Below, piece by piece: positions 1 to 10,205 of a stretch of DNA of 64,000 nucleotides. Below the pieces are notes generated by a model. That model was not told the DNA's origin and did not search any database. It was given only the letters and a program-made list of their open reading frames with translations. Made by a program: the position numbers and the translations under genes. The stretch is from Chlamydiales bacterium (GTDB lineage Bacteria > Chlamydiota > Chlamydiia > Chlamydiales > SM23-39): positions 3,417 through 67,416 of the forward strand of contig DATIHQ010000072.1 in NCBI GenBank assembly GCA_035480535.1. Direction: 5' to 3'. Each line of letters opens with the position of its first letter. The first letter of the stretch is position 1.

Positions 1-323
1 CTTTTTCTTTTCTTTGGAGTCAAAGAGACGTGCGAGCGGGCCATTTGCGCCGCTATTCGCGGAAGAACTTAGAGACTGCGCTGCGGGTTGGCTCATTGGA
101 AGTGTTAGAAATTCAATATTATCAATGCTTTCTTTTTCCTTTGCTTGCCCTGAGCCGCCTCTTAAGTCGGATCCTGCCTATCTTGTGTGATAGGGAAGAA
201 GAAATCGCTGGCTGGATGAACGTTGTTTTGGCATGGATAAACCGGAAAGAAGTGGCCCTCTCTGAGTATGTCCATTTGCCCTGGGGCTCCTCATTGGTCG
301 CAGTATGTCGGAAAAAGGTATAG
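1..323 (+). CDS. C-terminal part of a SAM-dependent methyltransferase-like protein (gene runs off the left edge)
   Basis: The frame of ORF 30..323 stays open back to nt 3. The tail GHLRRYSRKNLETAL..GSLEVLEI...WGSSLVAVCRKK resembles the C-terminal strands of class I methyltransferases. This is motif recall only, because the SAM-binding N-terminus lies outside the window. Confidence 0.4.
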   Translation, partial: FSFLWSQRDVRAGHLRRYSRKNLETALRVGSLEVLEIQYYQCFLFPLLALSRLLSRILPILCDREEEIAGWMNVVLAWINRKEVALSEYVHLPWGSSLVAVCRKKV

Positions 324-1110
324 GAGGCTTGTGTTTTCATTTCTATTGTTTTCGGTGCATGTTCCCTTGATTCAAGAAGCAGTAGCTGGGGGGATTAACG
401 CGGTCTTAGTTGATTGGGAAACCCGAGGGAAAAAAGAGAGACAGGCCTTTGCAGATACGCAGATCAACACCCACACTTTAGAGGACTTGATCTGTGTGCG
501 GAACGCCACGGCAGCTCCCGTAATCTGTCGTTTAAATAGTGTGTATGAGCAGACTCCAATAGAGATCTCTCAAGCCATTGAAGCTGGGGCGAATGAATTG
601 CTCTTGCCCATGGTCAAAACGGTGGATGAAGTGGAATCTGTCATCAAAATGGCTCAAGGCAAGGTGGGGGTTGGGATCCTTGTTGAAACGTTAGAAGCAA
701 TCGCTCTGGTTGAGAAGCTCTCTGCCCTTCCTTTATCTCGCATCTACGTGGGTCTGAATGATTTAGCCATCGCTTCTCAATCGTCGAATATTTTCATTCC
801 CCTTGTCGATGGAACATTAGAGAAGATTCGAGAAGCTTTTCTGAACATTCCATTTGGATTTGGAGGGTTGACATTGGTTGATAAAGGCTTTCCAATTCCC
901 TCCTATCTCTTAATGGGAGAAATGATCCGTTTGCGCTGTCACTTCAGTTTTTTAAGGCGCTCGTTCCTGGCCGATGTTGAAGGAAGAAATATTGTCCATG
1001 AGGTAAGTAGGATGAAGGAGGCGCTGAAGACAATGGCGAGCAGAACTCCTCAAGAAGTAGCCTCTGAGCGGCAACAACTCATCAAAAAAATCCTCGCATG
1101 GAATCGATGA
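268..1110 (+). CDS. HpcH/HpaI aldolase / citrate-lyase-beta-like TIM-barrel protein
   Basis: 280-aa ORF with ELLLPMVKTVDEVESVI, GILVETLEAIALVEKL and IYVGLNDLA patterns typical of the family. An alternative GTG start at 331 is preceded by AGGAGG (322-327). Confidence 0.5.
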   Translation: MSICPGAPHWSQYVGKRYRRLVFSFLLFSVHVPLIQEAVAGGINAVLVDWETRGKKERQAFADTQINTHTLEDLICVRNATAAPVICRLNSVYEQTPIEISQAIEAGANELLLPMVKTVDEVESVIKMAQGKVGVGILVETLEAIALVEKLSALPLSRIYVGLNDLAIASQSSNIFIPLVDGTLEKIREAFLNIPFGFGGLTLVDKGFPIPSYLLMGEMIRLRCHFSFLRRSFLADVEGRNIVHEVSRMKEALKTMASRTPQEVASERQQLIKKILAWNR

Positions 1111-2564
1111 TACTAAAAAAATGGGTGGCCATTGGGGGAGCGTTATCGATTTTGGGATTTGCTTCGAGCGTTTTTTCCAATATGAGCCTTGCAGATGAAA
1201 GCTGGTTTCTTCAAGTGGCTCATAGAGTTGGCCGTGGAGAAGTTCTCTACGGGGATGTCTTCTTTGGCGTTACCCCTCTCTCTGTTTATCTGACTGTGTT
1301 GTTTACAAAATGTTTTGGTATAGAGATCTTGGTGTTGAAGGGGATCAATGCCATGATCTTTGCTTCCACAGTGCTCCTTTGTTGCTATAGCTTGCATCAA
1401 CTAGACAAACAGAAATTTTCTTGGAATTTGGCTCTCTCCCTTTGCCTACTCTATCCTTCTGGAGTCGTTGGAGGGTATGGTTCAGTCTACAATCCCCTAG
1501 CAAATCTATTTTTTGTGGGCTGTCTAGCGAGCCTCCTTCGTCACGCTAGAACCCTTAAATTTCGTTCACTCATTGGAGCAGCGGCCTGTGCAGCTCTTTG
1601 CTTCGGCTCAAAACAGAATACCGGCCTATTGGCCTTTTTGGCGTTAACAGTTGTGGCAGGCATTTATCAATCCAAAAGGACATTGGTGTGGATTTGGGGA
1701 GTATTTGCTCTGATCTCGATTCTGATTCTTCTCCCTGTGCTCTACTCAGGGGAATGGGAGAGCTTTTTAGACTATGCTTTTCTTAATAAAACTATATACG
1801 CGCAGAAAGGACGTATCGCCTACTTCAGTTACGCCCACTTTTGTATATTTCCCGCCTGTCTCTTGTTTTCACTTCCTCTGATGGTGTTGGGAACTTTGGC
1901 ATATATTTTTTGGAAAGATCGGGAGCCACAGCGGGTTTTCACGGCGATTCTTTGGGTATTTTGTTTCGCGAGTTTTTTAGCCATCTTTCCTAGAGCTGAT
2001 GACGTACATCTGCTGATCGCGATTCCTATGATGCTTATTGGATTGATCTATGGCGGCAGGCGCATAATGCCTCAGTTTCCCTGGAATGGAAAAGCGATCA
2101 CCCTTGGATTGAGTCTTTTAGTTCTCTATACACCTGCTAAAGAGGTTCATGGTCTCATTCGAGGGAATCGAGTCATGCTTACGTTAAACCACTTCCATGG
2201 GGCATGCGTTTTTTTAGATCTACAGAAGATGATTGAGACAAGGCTAGAAGCACTGAAATCACAGATCCCCGAGAAAGGCCCGATCTTTTTTTTGAGTCCT
2301 TTTGCGGGATTTTATTATCTTGCATTAGAGATTCCTAACCCCACCCCGTTTGACTTTCCATTTGTTACGGCGTTTGGGAAAAGGGGGCAAGAGCGGGTGA
2401 TTTCAGAGCTTGCTCGGGGAATGATTCAATCGGTAATCGTGGATGACGAACTGAATTCTGAAATGGATTTGCAACCCACCCAGCTATACGACTATGTGCG
2501 TAGGGAACTGCATCGCAACGAGCCTGGAGAACTGGGTCCACAGCTCCACCTCTACAGAAAATGA
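1098..2564 (+). CDS. Polytopic membrane protein, GT-C type (ArnT/PMT-like) glycosyltransferase candidate
   Basis: 488 aa with many hydrophobic helices followed by a soluble C-terminal domain of about 120 aa. A 13-nt overlap with the upstream ORF suggests co-transcription. Confidence 0.45.
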   Translation: MESMILKKWVAIGGALSILGFASSVFSNMSLADESWFLQVAHRVGRGEVLYGDVFFGVTPLSVYLTVLFTKCFGIEILVLKGINAMIFASTVLLCCYSLHQLDKQKFSWNLALSLCLLYPSGVVGGYGSVYNPLANLFFVGCLASLLRHARTLKFRSLIGAAACAALCFGSKQNTGLLAFLALTVVAGIYQSKRTLVWIWGVFALISILILLPVLYSGEWESFLDYAFLNKTIYAQKGRIAYFSYAHFCIFPACLLFSLPLMVLGTLAYIFWKDREPQRVFTAILWVFCFASFLAIFPRADDVHLLIAIPMMLIGLIYGGRRIMPQFPWNGKAITLGLSLLVLYTPAKEVHGLIRGNRVMLTLNHFHGACVFLDLQKMIETRLEALKSQIPEKGPIFFLSPFAGFYYLALEIPNPTPFDFPFVTAFGKRGQERVISELARGMIQSVIVDDELNSEMDLQPTQLYDYVRRELHRNEPGELGPQLHLYRK

Positions 2565-2643
2565 TATATCGTCCTTCCGCATCTCCAAGTTTGGATCTAT
2601 TTTTAACGATTGGAGAAAAAGAGACGATAAGTTGCTTTAGTAA

Positions 2644-3966
<1,323 letters not shown>

Positions 3967-4005
3967 GTTCCCAAAAATGGGGGAAGGGGGGTATCATGGT
4001 GGCGC

Positions 4006-5226
4006 ATGATCGATGGGATAAAGCGTCAGGTCCAAATGGGGCGGGCGCTGCTGTGGACAAATTTATTGAATGAGCCGCTCTTTACCCTCTATGGGTTCCT
4101 GGCGTTCATATTGTACAAAGACCTGGGGGCGACGCCGTTTCAAATCGCGGTTTTGACCATGCTCAAGCCGGTCATCGCCATCTTTTCTTTCTATTGGAGC
4201 GCAGGGTTGAAGGGGGGGAGGCGGCTGAGATCGAACGTCCTTTGGGCCGGATTCTGGATGCGGGCGCCATTTCTGCTCTGTTTTTGGTTCGATTCGGTCT
4301 GGTTTGTCATCGGCGCAGCTGTCAATTATATGTTTTTCTATAGAGCGGGAATCCCGGGCTGGATGGAGATGATCCGCCAAAATATGCCTGAGAAAGGGCG
4401 GGGGCGGGCCTTTTCGCTGAGTGCCGCGCTGGGGTATGCGGAAGGAGTCGTGCTATCGCTGGCGATGGGGGGGGTGCTCGATCGGGATCCCGGGATGTGG
4501 AAGGGACTTTTTGCTGCGGCCGTAGTGATTGGGTTTGCATCGACCTGGATCCAATCGCGGATTGTGGTAGATGAAGAAGTTGAAGAAGTTGCGGAGCGGC
4601 CGGGGTTGAAAGAATTGCTTGTAAGGCCCTGGCGCAATAGCTGGCGGCTGATGAAAGAGCGGCCTGATTTTTCCAGTTTTCAGTGGGGATTTATGCTCTG
4701 CGGTTTTGGGATTATGTTGATCCAGCCGGCGCTGCCTCTATTTTGTGTCGATGATTTGGGCATTTCCTATGTAGAAATGGCGGCGGCGATCTCCATTGCA
4801 AAGGGATTGGGGTTTGCCCTCTCCTCGCCCATCTGGTCTCGCTGGATTGAGCGGGTGAACTTGCTGAAACTGGCAAGCGCCGTCTTTTTATCTGTGGGGC
4901 TTTTTCCCATTTTATTGAGCTTTTCTGCTTGGAATCTTTTCTGGCTCTATCTCGCCTATTTTTGGTATGGCGTTGGGCAGGGGGGCAGCCATTTGGTGTG
5001 GAATATGTCGGGGCCTATTTTTGCAGGTAAAGAGGAGAGCTCTCAATATTCTGGCGTGAACGTAGTCTTGGTCGGTGTAAGAGGTGCTGTTGCCCCTCCT
5101 CTGGGTGGGTGGCTGGCTGTCTTATGCGGGCCTTGCCAAGTGTTGATTCTCGGGGGCGTTCTCTGTTTCTATAGCGGTTTGAGACTTTTTCAGGCTGCAA
5201 CCAAAAAAACAACTCTTCCAGCTTAA
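4006..5226 (+). CDS. MFS-type transporter
   Basis: 406 aa with about 12 hydrophobic helices arranged as two halves separated by a charged loop (VVDEEVEEVAERPG). Confidence 0.65.
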   Translation: MIDGIKRQVQMGRALLWTNLLNEPLFTLYGFLAFILYKDLGATPFQIAVLTMLKPVIAIFSFYWSAGLKGGRRLRSNVLWAGFWMRAPFLLCFWFDSVWFVIGAAVNYMFFYRAGIPGWMEMIRQNMPEKGRGRAFSLSAALGYAEGVVLSLAMGGVLDRDPGMWKGLFAAAVVIGFASTWIQSRIVVDEEVEEVAERPGLKELLVRPWRNSWRLMKERPDFSSFQWGFMLCGFGIMLIQPALPLFCVDDLGISYVEMAAAISIAKGLGFALSSPIWSRWIERVNLLKLASAVFLSVGLFPILLSFSAWNLFWLYLAYFWYGVGQGGSHLVWNMSGPIFAGKEESSQYSGVNVVLVGVRGAVAPPLGGWLAVLCGPCQVLILGGVLCFYSGLRLFQAATKKTTLPA

Positions 5227-5263
5227 ATATTCGGCGTGTATATGGGGGTTAAAGGACCTCGAC

Positions 5264-6442
5264 ATGCGAACCCTTCAGTGTGGAGCATTGGCTCTCACAT
5301 TCCTTTTTGGCACGCACCTCGTAGCGGAAGAAACAAATAGCGAAGTCGCTGTTGTTTTGACTCGAACCGACCATTTGCCCCATGAAATGCACGCTGCTAC
5401 CGATCCCTATTTTGAAGGCTATATCCAAGCATTGGTCGATATCCATTATGCAGAATATGGCGTTGTCGTATTGGTCAAAGATCATTCCGTATGGCTCGCC
5501 CATCTCCCCAGAAATCGGCTGATAGCCAATAGCATCGTGGCCTTTGTGAAGGATGTTCCCGGCGTATCTTCAGTCGACGTAATCGATGATGTTCCTCCGA
5601 AAGAGGAAGAATTCCAAGAGAAGTATGCAGAAAGACCCACATTGAAAGGCATTTGGTTTCCTCAAATGACCGAGCTCTTCCAGCCGCTTATCGCAGATCC
5701 AAGGCAAATCAACTACACCATCGGGTATCGCAGCGGTGACCATGTTTGCGGCAGCAAGTGCATCGCCTTCTCATTTGGGGATGACTTTCCCATTTATCGA
5801 TGGCTCGATCTTTTTTGGCAGGGAGATTTGCAGATCGGAATTGAAGCGGGAATCTGGTCAGTTTTTAACATGGATCCAAGCCCCGATATTGCGGGAGGAT
5901 CAGAGTTAGTCAATACCGACTTTTATGTCGGCGTACCGCTTACCTATGCTGCAGGCAATTGGTCATTCCGCTTCCGTGGCTATCATATTTCCGGTCACTT
6001 GGGAGATGAGTTTCTCATCAACCACCCCGGTTTTGATCGGGTGAATCCAAGCATTGAAGCGATAGATTTTTGCGCTTCTTATCAAATTTCACAGGGAGTT
6101 CGCCTCTATGTAGAGCCGGGATGCTATGTCCATAGCGATCCCTCCTACAAATGGAAGCCGATCTACATCCAATACGGCACCGAGGCCCGTTTTCTAGGGC
6201 AAAAATTCCATTCTCAAAAGCTCTATGGGACTTGTTTCATCGCGCTTCACTGGCGCAACCTAGAGCAGCTCGATTACAATTTCGACGGCACCTACCGCGC
6301 TGGCTATGAATTTAGCAAACTGCAGGGGATTGGCCGGAAATTTCGCTTCTACATCGGCTATCATCACGGCTATTCGCTCGAAGGGCAGTTCGCAAAAGAG
6401 CACACCCACTACTTCGAATACAATCTAAGCTATGGCTTCTAA
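5264..6442 (+). CDS. Secreted / outer-membrane-associated protein: BON-like N-domain + DUF1207-like C-domain
   Basis: Signal-like N-terminus (LALTFLFGTHLVA). BON-like stretch YIQALVDIHY..VVVLVKDHSVWLAHLP...VKDVPGVSSVDV. The C-terminal LFQPLIADPRQINY...GYHISGHLGDEF pattern matches what I recall of the DUF1207 family, which is described as Chlamydia-restricted. Confidence 0.5.
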   Translation: MRTLQCGALALTFLFGTHLVAEETNSEVAVVLTRTDHLPHEMHAATDPYFEGYIQALVDIHYAEYGVVVLVKDHSVWLAHLPRNRLIANSIVAFVKDVPGVSSVDVIDDVPPKEEEFQEKYAERPTLKGIWFPQMTELFQPLIADPRQINYTIGYRSGDHVCGSKCIAFSFGDDFPIYRWLDLFWQGDLQIGIEAGIWSVFNMDPSPDIAGGSELVNTDFYVGVPLTYAAGNWSFRFRGYHISGHLGDEFLINHPGFDRVNPSIEAIDFCASYQISQGVRLYVEPGCYVHSDPSYKWKPIYIQYGTEARFLGQKFHSQKLYGTCFIALHWRNLEQLDYNFDGTYRAGYEFSKLQGIGRKFRFYIGYHHGYSLEGQFAKEHTHYFEYNLSYGF

Positions 6443-6469
6443 TTTCTTCCCTGCGCTAACATTTATTGC

Positions 6470-7453
6470 ATGAAATGGATCTTCGCATTGTTTTTCTGCA
6501 CAGCTGCATGGGCTCATCAAATGGAGCTCTTCACTTATTGGGTGGAAAATGCGGGTGATGACTACTTCGGAGGAGGACTCCCGGGGATGATCCGAAAGAG
6601 GTTAAAGGAACGGGACTGGCAAATTCATCCATTGGGATTGGATAAGTTAGAGAAAGGAGCGCTTGAATCAGACTATTGGGTCCTTTGGAGTTTTGGGGCC
6701 AAGGCTAAGAAGTTTGATTTAAGCCGGCTGCCAAAAGAAAAACTCGCATTGTTTCTCTGGGAGCCGCCCACTGTAGAAATCGAGGGATATGATCCTCAAG
6801 TGCAGGCTCGGTTTGGAAAAATTTTCACCTGGGATGACGATTTAGTCGACAATGTGAAATTCTTTAAATTCCATTATCCTGTTTTGCAGCCGCGCATTGA
6901 GAAAATACCCGCTTTTAAAGAGAAAAAATTTTGCACACTAGTCGCAACGCGTCTCTCCAGTAAATTTCCCAAGTCGCTTTATCAAGAGCGGGAAAAAACC
7001 ATCCGCTTTTTCGAAGATAAGCGGGGAGAATTTGATCTCTATGGCCGCAATTGGGAAAAAAGAAAGTTTAAAAATTATCGAGGGGCGATTGGAGATAAGA
7101 TCGCGGTGTTGAAGGAATATAAGTTTTGCATTTGCTATGAAAATACGCGCGATATGAAGGGATATATCACCGAGAAGATCTTCGACTGCTTTGCCGCAGG
7201 GTGTGTGCCCATCTATTGGGGGGCCAGCAATGTGACCGATTATATCCCCGCAGAGACGTTTATCGATCGGCGGAAATTTTCAAATGTAAAGCGGCTTTAC
7301 ATGTTCCTAAAATCGCTTTCACAAGACGATTACCAAAAGTATTTGGATGCCGCCGCGGCGTTTTTAAAGAGTGAAAAGGCGCAAGTTTTTAGCAATGAGA
7401 ACTTTGTCAATACCTTTATCGATCATTTGACAACGCAGAAGCCATCGTCGTAG
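6470..7453 (+). CDS. Glycosyltransferase family 10 (alpha-1,3/4-fucosyltransferase-like)
   Basis: The motif FCICYENTRDMKGYITEKIFDCFAAGCVPIYWG matches the GT10 signature (xFENS..GYVTEK....G.VPVYWG). The N-terminus is signal-like. Confidence 0.7.
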   Translation: MKWIFALFFCTAAWAHQMELFTYWVENAGDDYFGGGLPGMIRKRLKERDWQIHPLGLDKLEKGALESDYWVLWSFGAKAKKFDLSRLPKEKLALFLWEPPTVEIEGYDPQVQARFGKIFTWDDDLVDNVKFFKFHYPVLQPRIEKIPAFKEKKFCTLVATRLSSKFPKSLYQEREKTIRFFEDKRGEFDLYGRNWEKRKFKNYRGAIGDKIAVLKEYKFCICYENTRDMKGYITEKIFDCFAAGCVPIYWGASNVTDYIPAETFIDRRKFSNVKRLYMFLKSLSQDDYQKYLDAAAAFLKSEKAQVFSNENFVNTFIDHLTTQKPSS

Positions 7454-9567
7454 GTGGGGCCTTCTTTGCCGATGGGGAGTTTGTTGCGGAAGAAGCGGCG
7501 ATAGACGGAAAGACCTTGGGCGGCCGTCTGGATGCAGTAGAAGCAATTGCTGACCCATTCAGAACCTGTAATCGTTCCTGTTTCTCGGTTGAGCTGGAAA
7601 CGGGAGGTGATTTTGCGGCGCCAATAGTCGGCAGTTCCAAAAAGGAGAACGGGATTCGGTGGCGCGCTCCCCGTTTTGCGCCGCACCTCTTCGAGACAAT
7701 ATTCAAAGTCCATTCCATAACCGCCGGGAAAGAAAATGGGAAAATCGAGATTGAATTCGGCTTGTCTTTCCACGAGGCGATCGAGGCGATAGGTCATCTT
7801 TGCATCGATGTAGGGATTTTGTTTCTGCTCATTGACAACGCTTTTATCTTGGGAACGAAAATCGACGATGTTCGCGCAGGAGAGAATCCCAATCTTTTTC
7901 GCCACGCGGTTCCCCACTTCCATCGCTCCAGGTCCTCCTCCCGTAAGAAAAGAAATGGGAGTCTCTTCACTCAGCAGGGGATGGCTCATTTCTGCGCGCA
8001 TAGTGAGAACGCCTTCAAGAAGGGCGCGCAGTTCTTGTTCAAAATTCCCTCCCTCCAGGTTTGAGCCATAGAGGCCGAAGATGGTCGACTTACGAAAATC
8101 CTCAATGAAAGGGAGAGGGACAAAAAGACCCGCTTCTTTATCGGGTTTTTGAACATATTGGAGGATTTTTCCAGAATCCTCATCGACCCAGAAGACGGGG
8201 ATTCCAAATTTTGCCAAATCGAGGAGCATAGCGCGATCTTCATGGGAGAAAAATCCATCGTGAGAGGCCGATGGATATTGAAAGTAGATTCGTTTCAAAC
8301 AGCGCTGCACCTCATCATTGAGAAACATTCGCTTCAGCAGGGGAGTGGGCAGATGGCGCGAGAGGAGAACTCCCTGAGATGTGATCATTCCCTCTTCAAT
8401 CGCCTTCAGAAAGGGAAAGGAAGGTTGGTATTGGATATATTTTTCCACCACCTGCGCTTGCCGCGATGGATGGGAAAGACCGGGGAAGTCATGTTTGAAT
8501 GCCTCGCGCAGGATCCATTTATCAGGGGAAAGCTCCTCCATCTGGCTCCCTTTTACGACAAAGGCAGCCGCTAAGCTAGTTTTCGGCTCTGGAGCCGTCG
8601 CAAAGGCATCGAAAAGACATTTTGGCTCATCCAGCTTAGCGATCAATTGATCCCGATCGGAGAAAAATACATGTTCGCGGTAAGGTTCGAGCGTATAAAA
8701 CTCCAGCGGAATGTCGTCGAGGATCTGATTGCTATTCCCAAAGAGCTCATAAATATCGCCAGAAGCCGCAGTATCTGGCTGCAAAATATTGGCTGTCGTG
8801 TGGTGAAAACCTTGTGGCAGAAGATAATCGACCACGCGAGCATACACCGTCCGGATATGGAGCGGCGCCGTGCGGACGATCAACACTTCATTTTCCCGCA
8901 CAATTCGAGGCAATGAGGGTTCCCAATTATGATGGAGGTGCAAAAGTTGCCTTGTATGGGCCATATTCACCCCAAGTGCGCGCGCCAAAGTGGGGAGAAA
9001 ACCATAGACAGTTGTGTCATAGGTCAGCACCCCATTTTTTAAGGACAAAAAGGCAATCGTGCGGCCATCCATCTTTTCCAAAATCAAGGCGCCGCTTCCC
9101 TCTAATCCCCCCAATGAGAGCAAAGGCCTTCCCCTTCGATCGGAGCGGCCAAATAACCGCATGAGATAATCGGGATTTCTTACTCTACGCCGCTCATCCG
9201 CGGCAAAGAGCTTGCCAATGCTTGCGCCGATCGGAAGAAGACCCAGCATCGCCTGGCCGAGATTCCCAATGGCAATCAGCTCCACTTTAACGAAGGCTGT
9301 CCTATGCTTCCTATCGTAGTGATATTCGCGGCCAATCCCATTGATCCCCAATTGCGCCAGCGTGCTCTTTAAGTTAAAGGAGACAAAAGGGGGATCGATC
9401 TGATAGCCGACGAAAACGGGGGAGATATTTTCGATCTTAACGGTGGCGAGCGCTCTTTTTTCATCAATAATCTGGAGATCGGTAATTTTCCCATCGGGCG
9501 TCACCAAATCAAAGTGATGAGGAATCAGGTATTCTTCCATAATTCTTGGGGTATAGCAGAACGGCAA
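7423..9567 (-). CDS. Large protein with a C-terminal LOG/PpnN-like (TIGR00730-type) nucleotide-binding domain and an uncharacterised N-terminal region of about 500 aa
   Basis: 714 aa. TGGGPGAMEVGNRVA and FFPGGYGMDFE correspond to the LOG-family GGGxGxM / PGGxGTxxE motifs. Its start abuts the stop of the upstream PEBP gene (9567/9568). Confidence 0.6.
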   Translation of the reverse strand: MPFCYTPRIMEEYLIPHHFDLVTPDGKITDLQIIDEKRALATVKIENISPVFVGYQIDPPFVSFNLKSTLAQLGINGIGREYHYDRKHRTAFVKVELIAIGNLGQAMLGLLPIGASIGKLFAADERRRVRNPDYLMRLFGRSDRRGRPLLSLGGLEGSGALILEKMDGRTIAFLSLKNGVLTYDTTVYGFLPTLARALGVNMAHTRQLLHLHHNWEPSLPRIVRENEVLIVRTAPLHIRTVYARVVDYLLPQGFHHTTANILQPDTAASGDIYELFGNSNQILDDIPLEFYTLEPYREHVFFSDRDQLIAKLDEPKCLFDAFATAPEPKTSLAAAFVVKGSQMEELSPDKWILREAFKHDFPGLSHPSRQAQVVEKYIQYQPSFPFLKAIEEGMITSQGVLLSRHLPTPLLKRMFLNDEVQRCLKRIYFQYPSASHDGFFSHEDRAMLLDLAKFGIPVFWVDEDSGKILQYVQKPDKEAGLFVPLPFIEDFRKSTIFGLYGSNLEGGNFEQELRALLEGVLTMRAEMSHPLLSEETPISFLTGGGPGAMEVGNRVAKKIGILSCANIVDFRSQDKSVVNEQKQNPYIDAKMTYRLDRLVERQAEFNLDFPIFFPGGYGMDFEYCLEEVRRKTGSAPPNPVLLFGTADYWRRKITSRFQLNRETGTITGSEWVSNCFYCIQTAAQGLSVYRRFFRNKLPIGKEGPTYDDGFCVVK

Positions 9568-10047
9568 TTAATGAGGTTTTCCCTGCGGTCTCCCTTCCAT
9601 TTTTTCGTAGCGGGCCATCAGTTGGCATTGCGCCACAATGTGGCCATGCATCGCCCTCTCCACCTCTTTTTTGGTGGCGCCCGCTGGCAGCTCGAGCATT
9701 TTATCGAGAGCATAGAGCTTGAAAAAGTAGCGGTGCTCCCGATCGGGCGGGCAGGGGCCAATGTATTCATTTTTCCCTGCCGTATTCCTTCCTTGCTGGC
9801 CTGGCGGAATCGAGTGTTCGCCAATAAGATGGGTGTGGGGAGGCATGTTGAAAACGACCCAGTGGTCATACATTTTGTCGGCCCGGACGAAGGAGGGTAC
9901 ATCGGGGTCATCCACGATGAGGACTAGGGATTTTGCCTGAGGGGGGACCCCGCTGATCTCTAGCGGTGGGTTGATACTCTTTCCCTCGCAGGTATATAGG
10001 GATGGGATGGTGGCCCCTTCTTTAAAGGCGCTGCTGGTCAATTTCAT
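9568..10047 (-). CDS. YbhB/YbcL-family phosphatidylethanolamine-binding protein (PEBP / Raf-kinase-inhibitor-like)
   Basis: 159 aa with LVLIVDDPD...HWVVFN...GPCPPDREHRYFFKLYALD, the hallmark of bacterial PEBP. Confidence 0.9.
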   Translation of the reverse strand: MKLTSSAFKEGATIPSLYTCEGKSINPPLEISGVPPQAKSLVLIVDDPDVPSFVRADKMYDHWVVFNMPPHTHLIGEHSIPPGQQGRNTAGKNEYIGPCPPDREHRYFFKLYALDKMLELPAGATKKEVERAMHGHIVAQCQLMARYEKMEGRPQGKPH

Positions 10048-10120
10048 AACTACCTCATGGTTTTTTTATAAGCTAATATATTCCCGGTTTAAAGGAAATT
10101 TTTTAATATATTTACTGTTA

Positions 10121-10134
10121 ATCACTTAAGTGAT
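10121..10134. promoter_or_regulatory. Perfect 14-bp palindrome ATCACTTAAGTGAT in a strongly AT-rich divergent intergenic region (candidate operator)
   Basis: Read directly from the sequence. It lies between the PEBP start (10047, minus) and ORF 10206 (plus). Confidence 0.3.
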
Positions 10135-10205
10135 ATCTTTATATTTTCTTTAAATTAAATAGTGTGTTATTATATGAGTATAAAAAATTCAATTGAGGGA
10201 TAATT

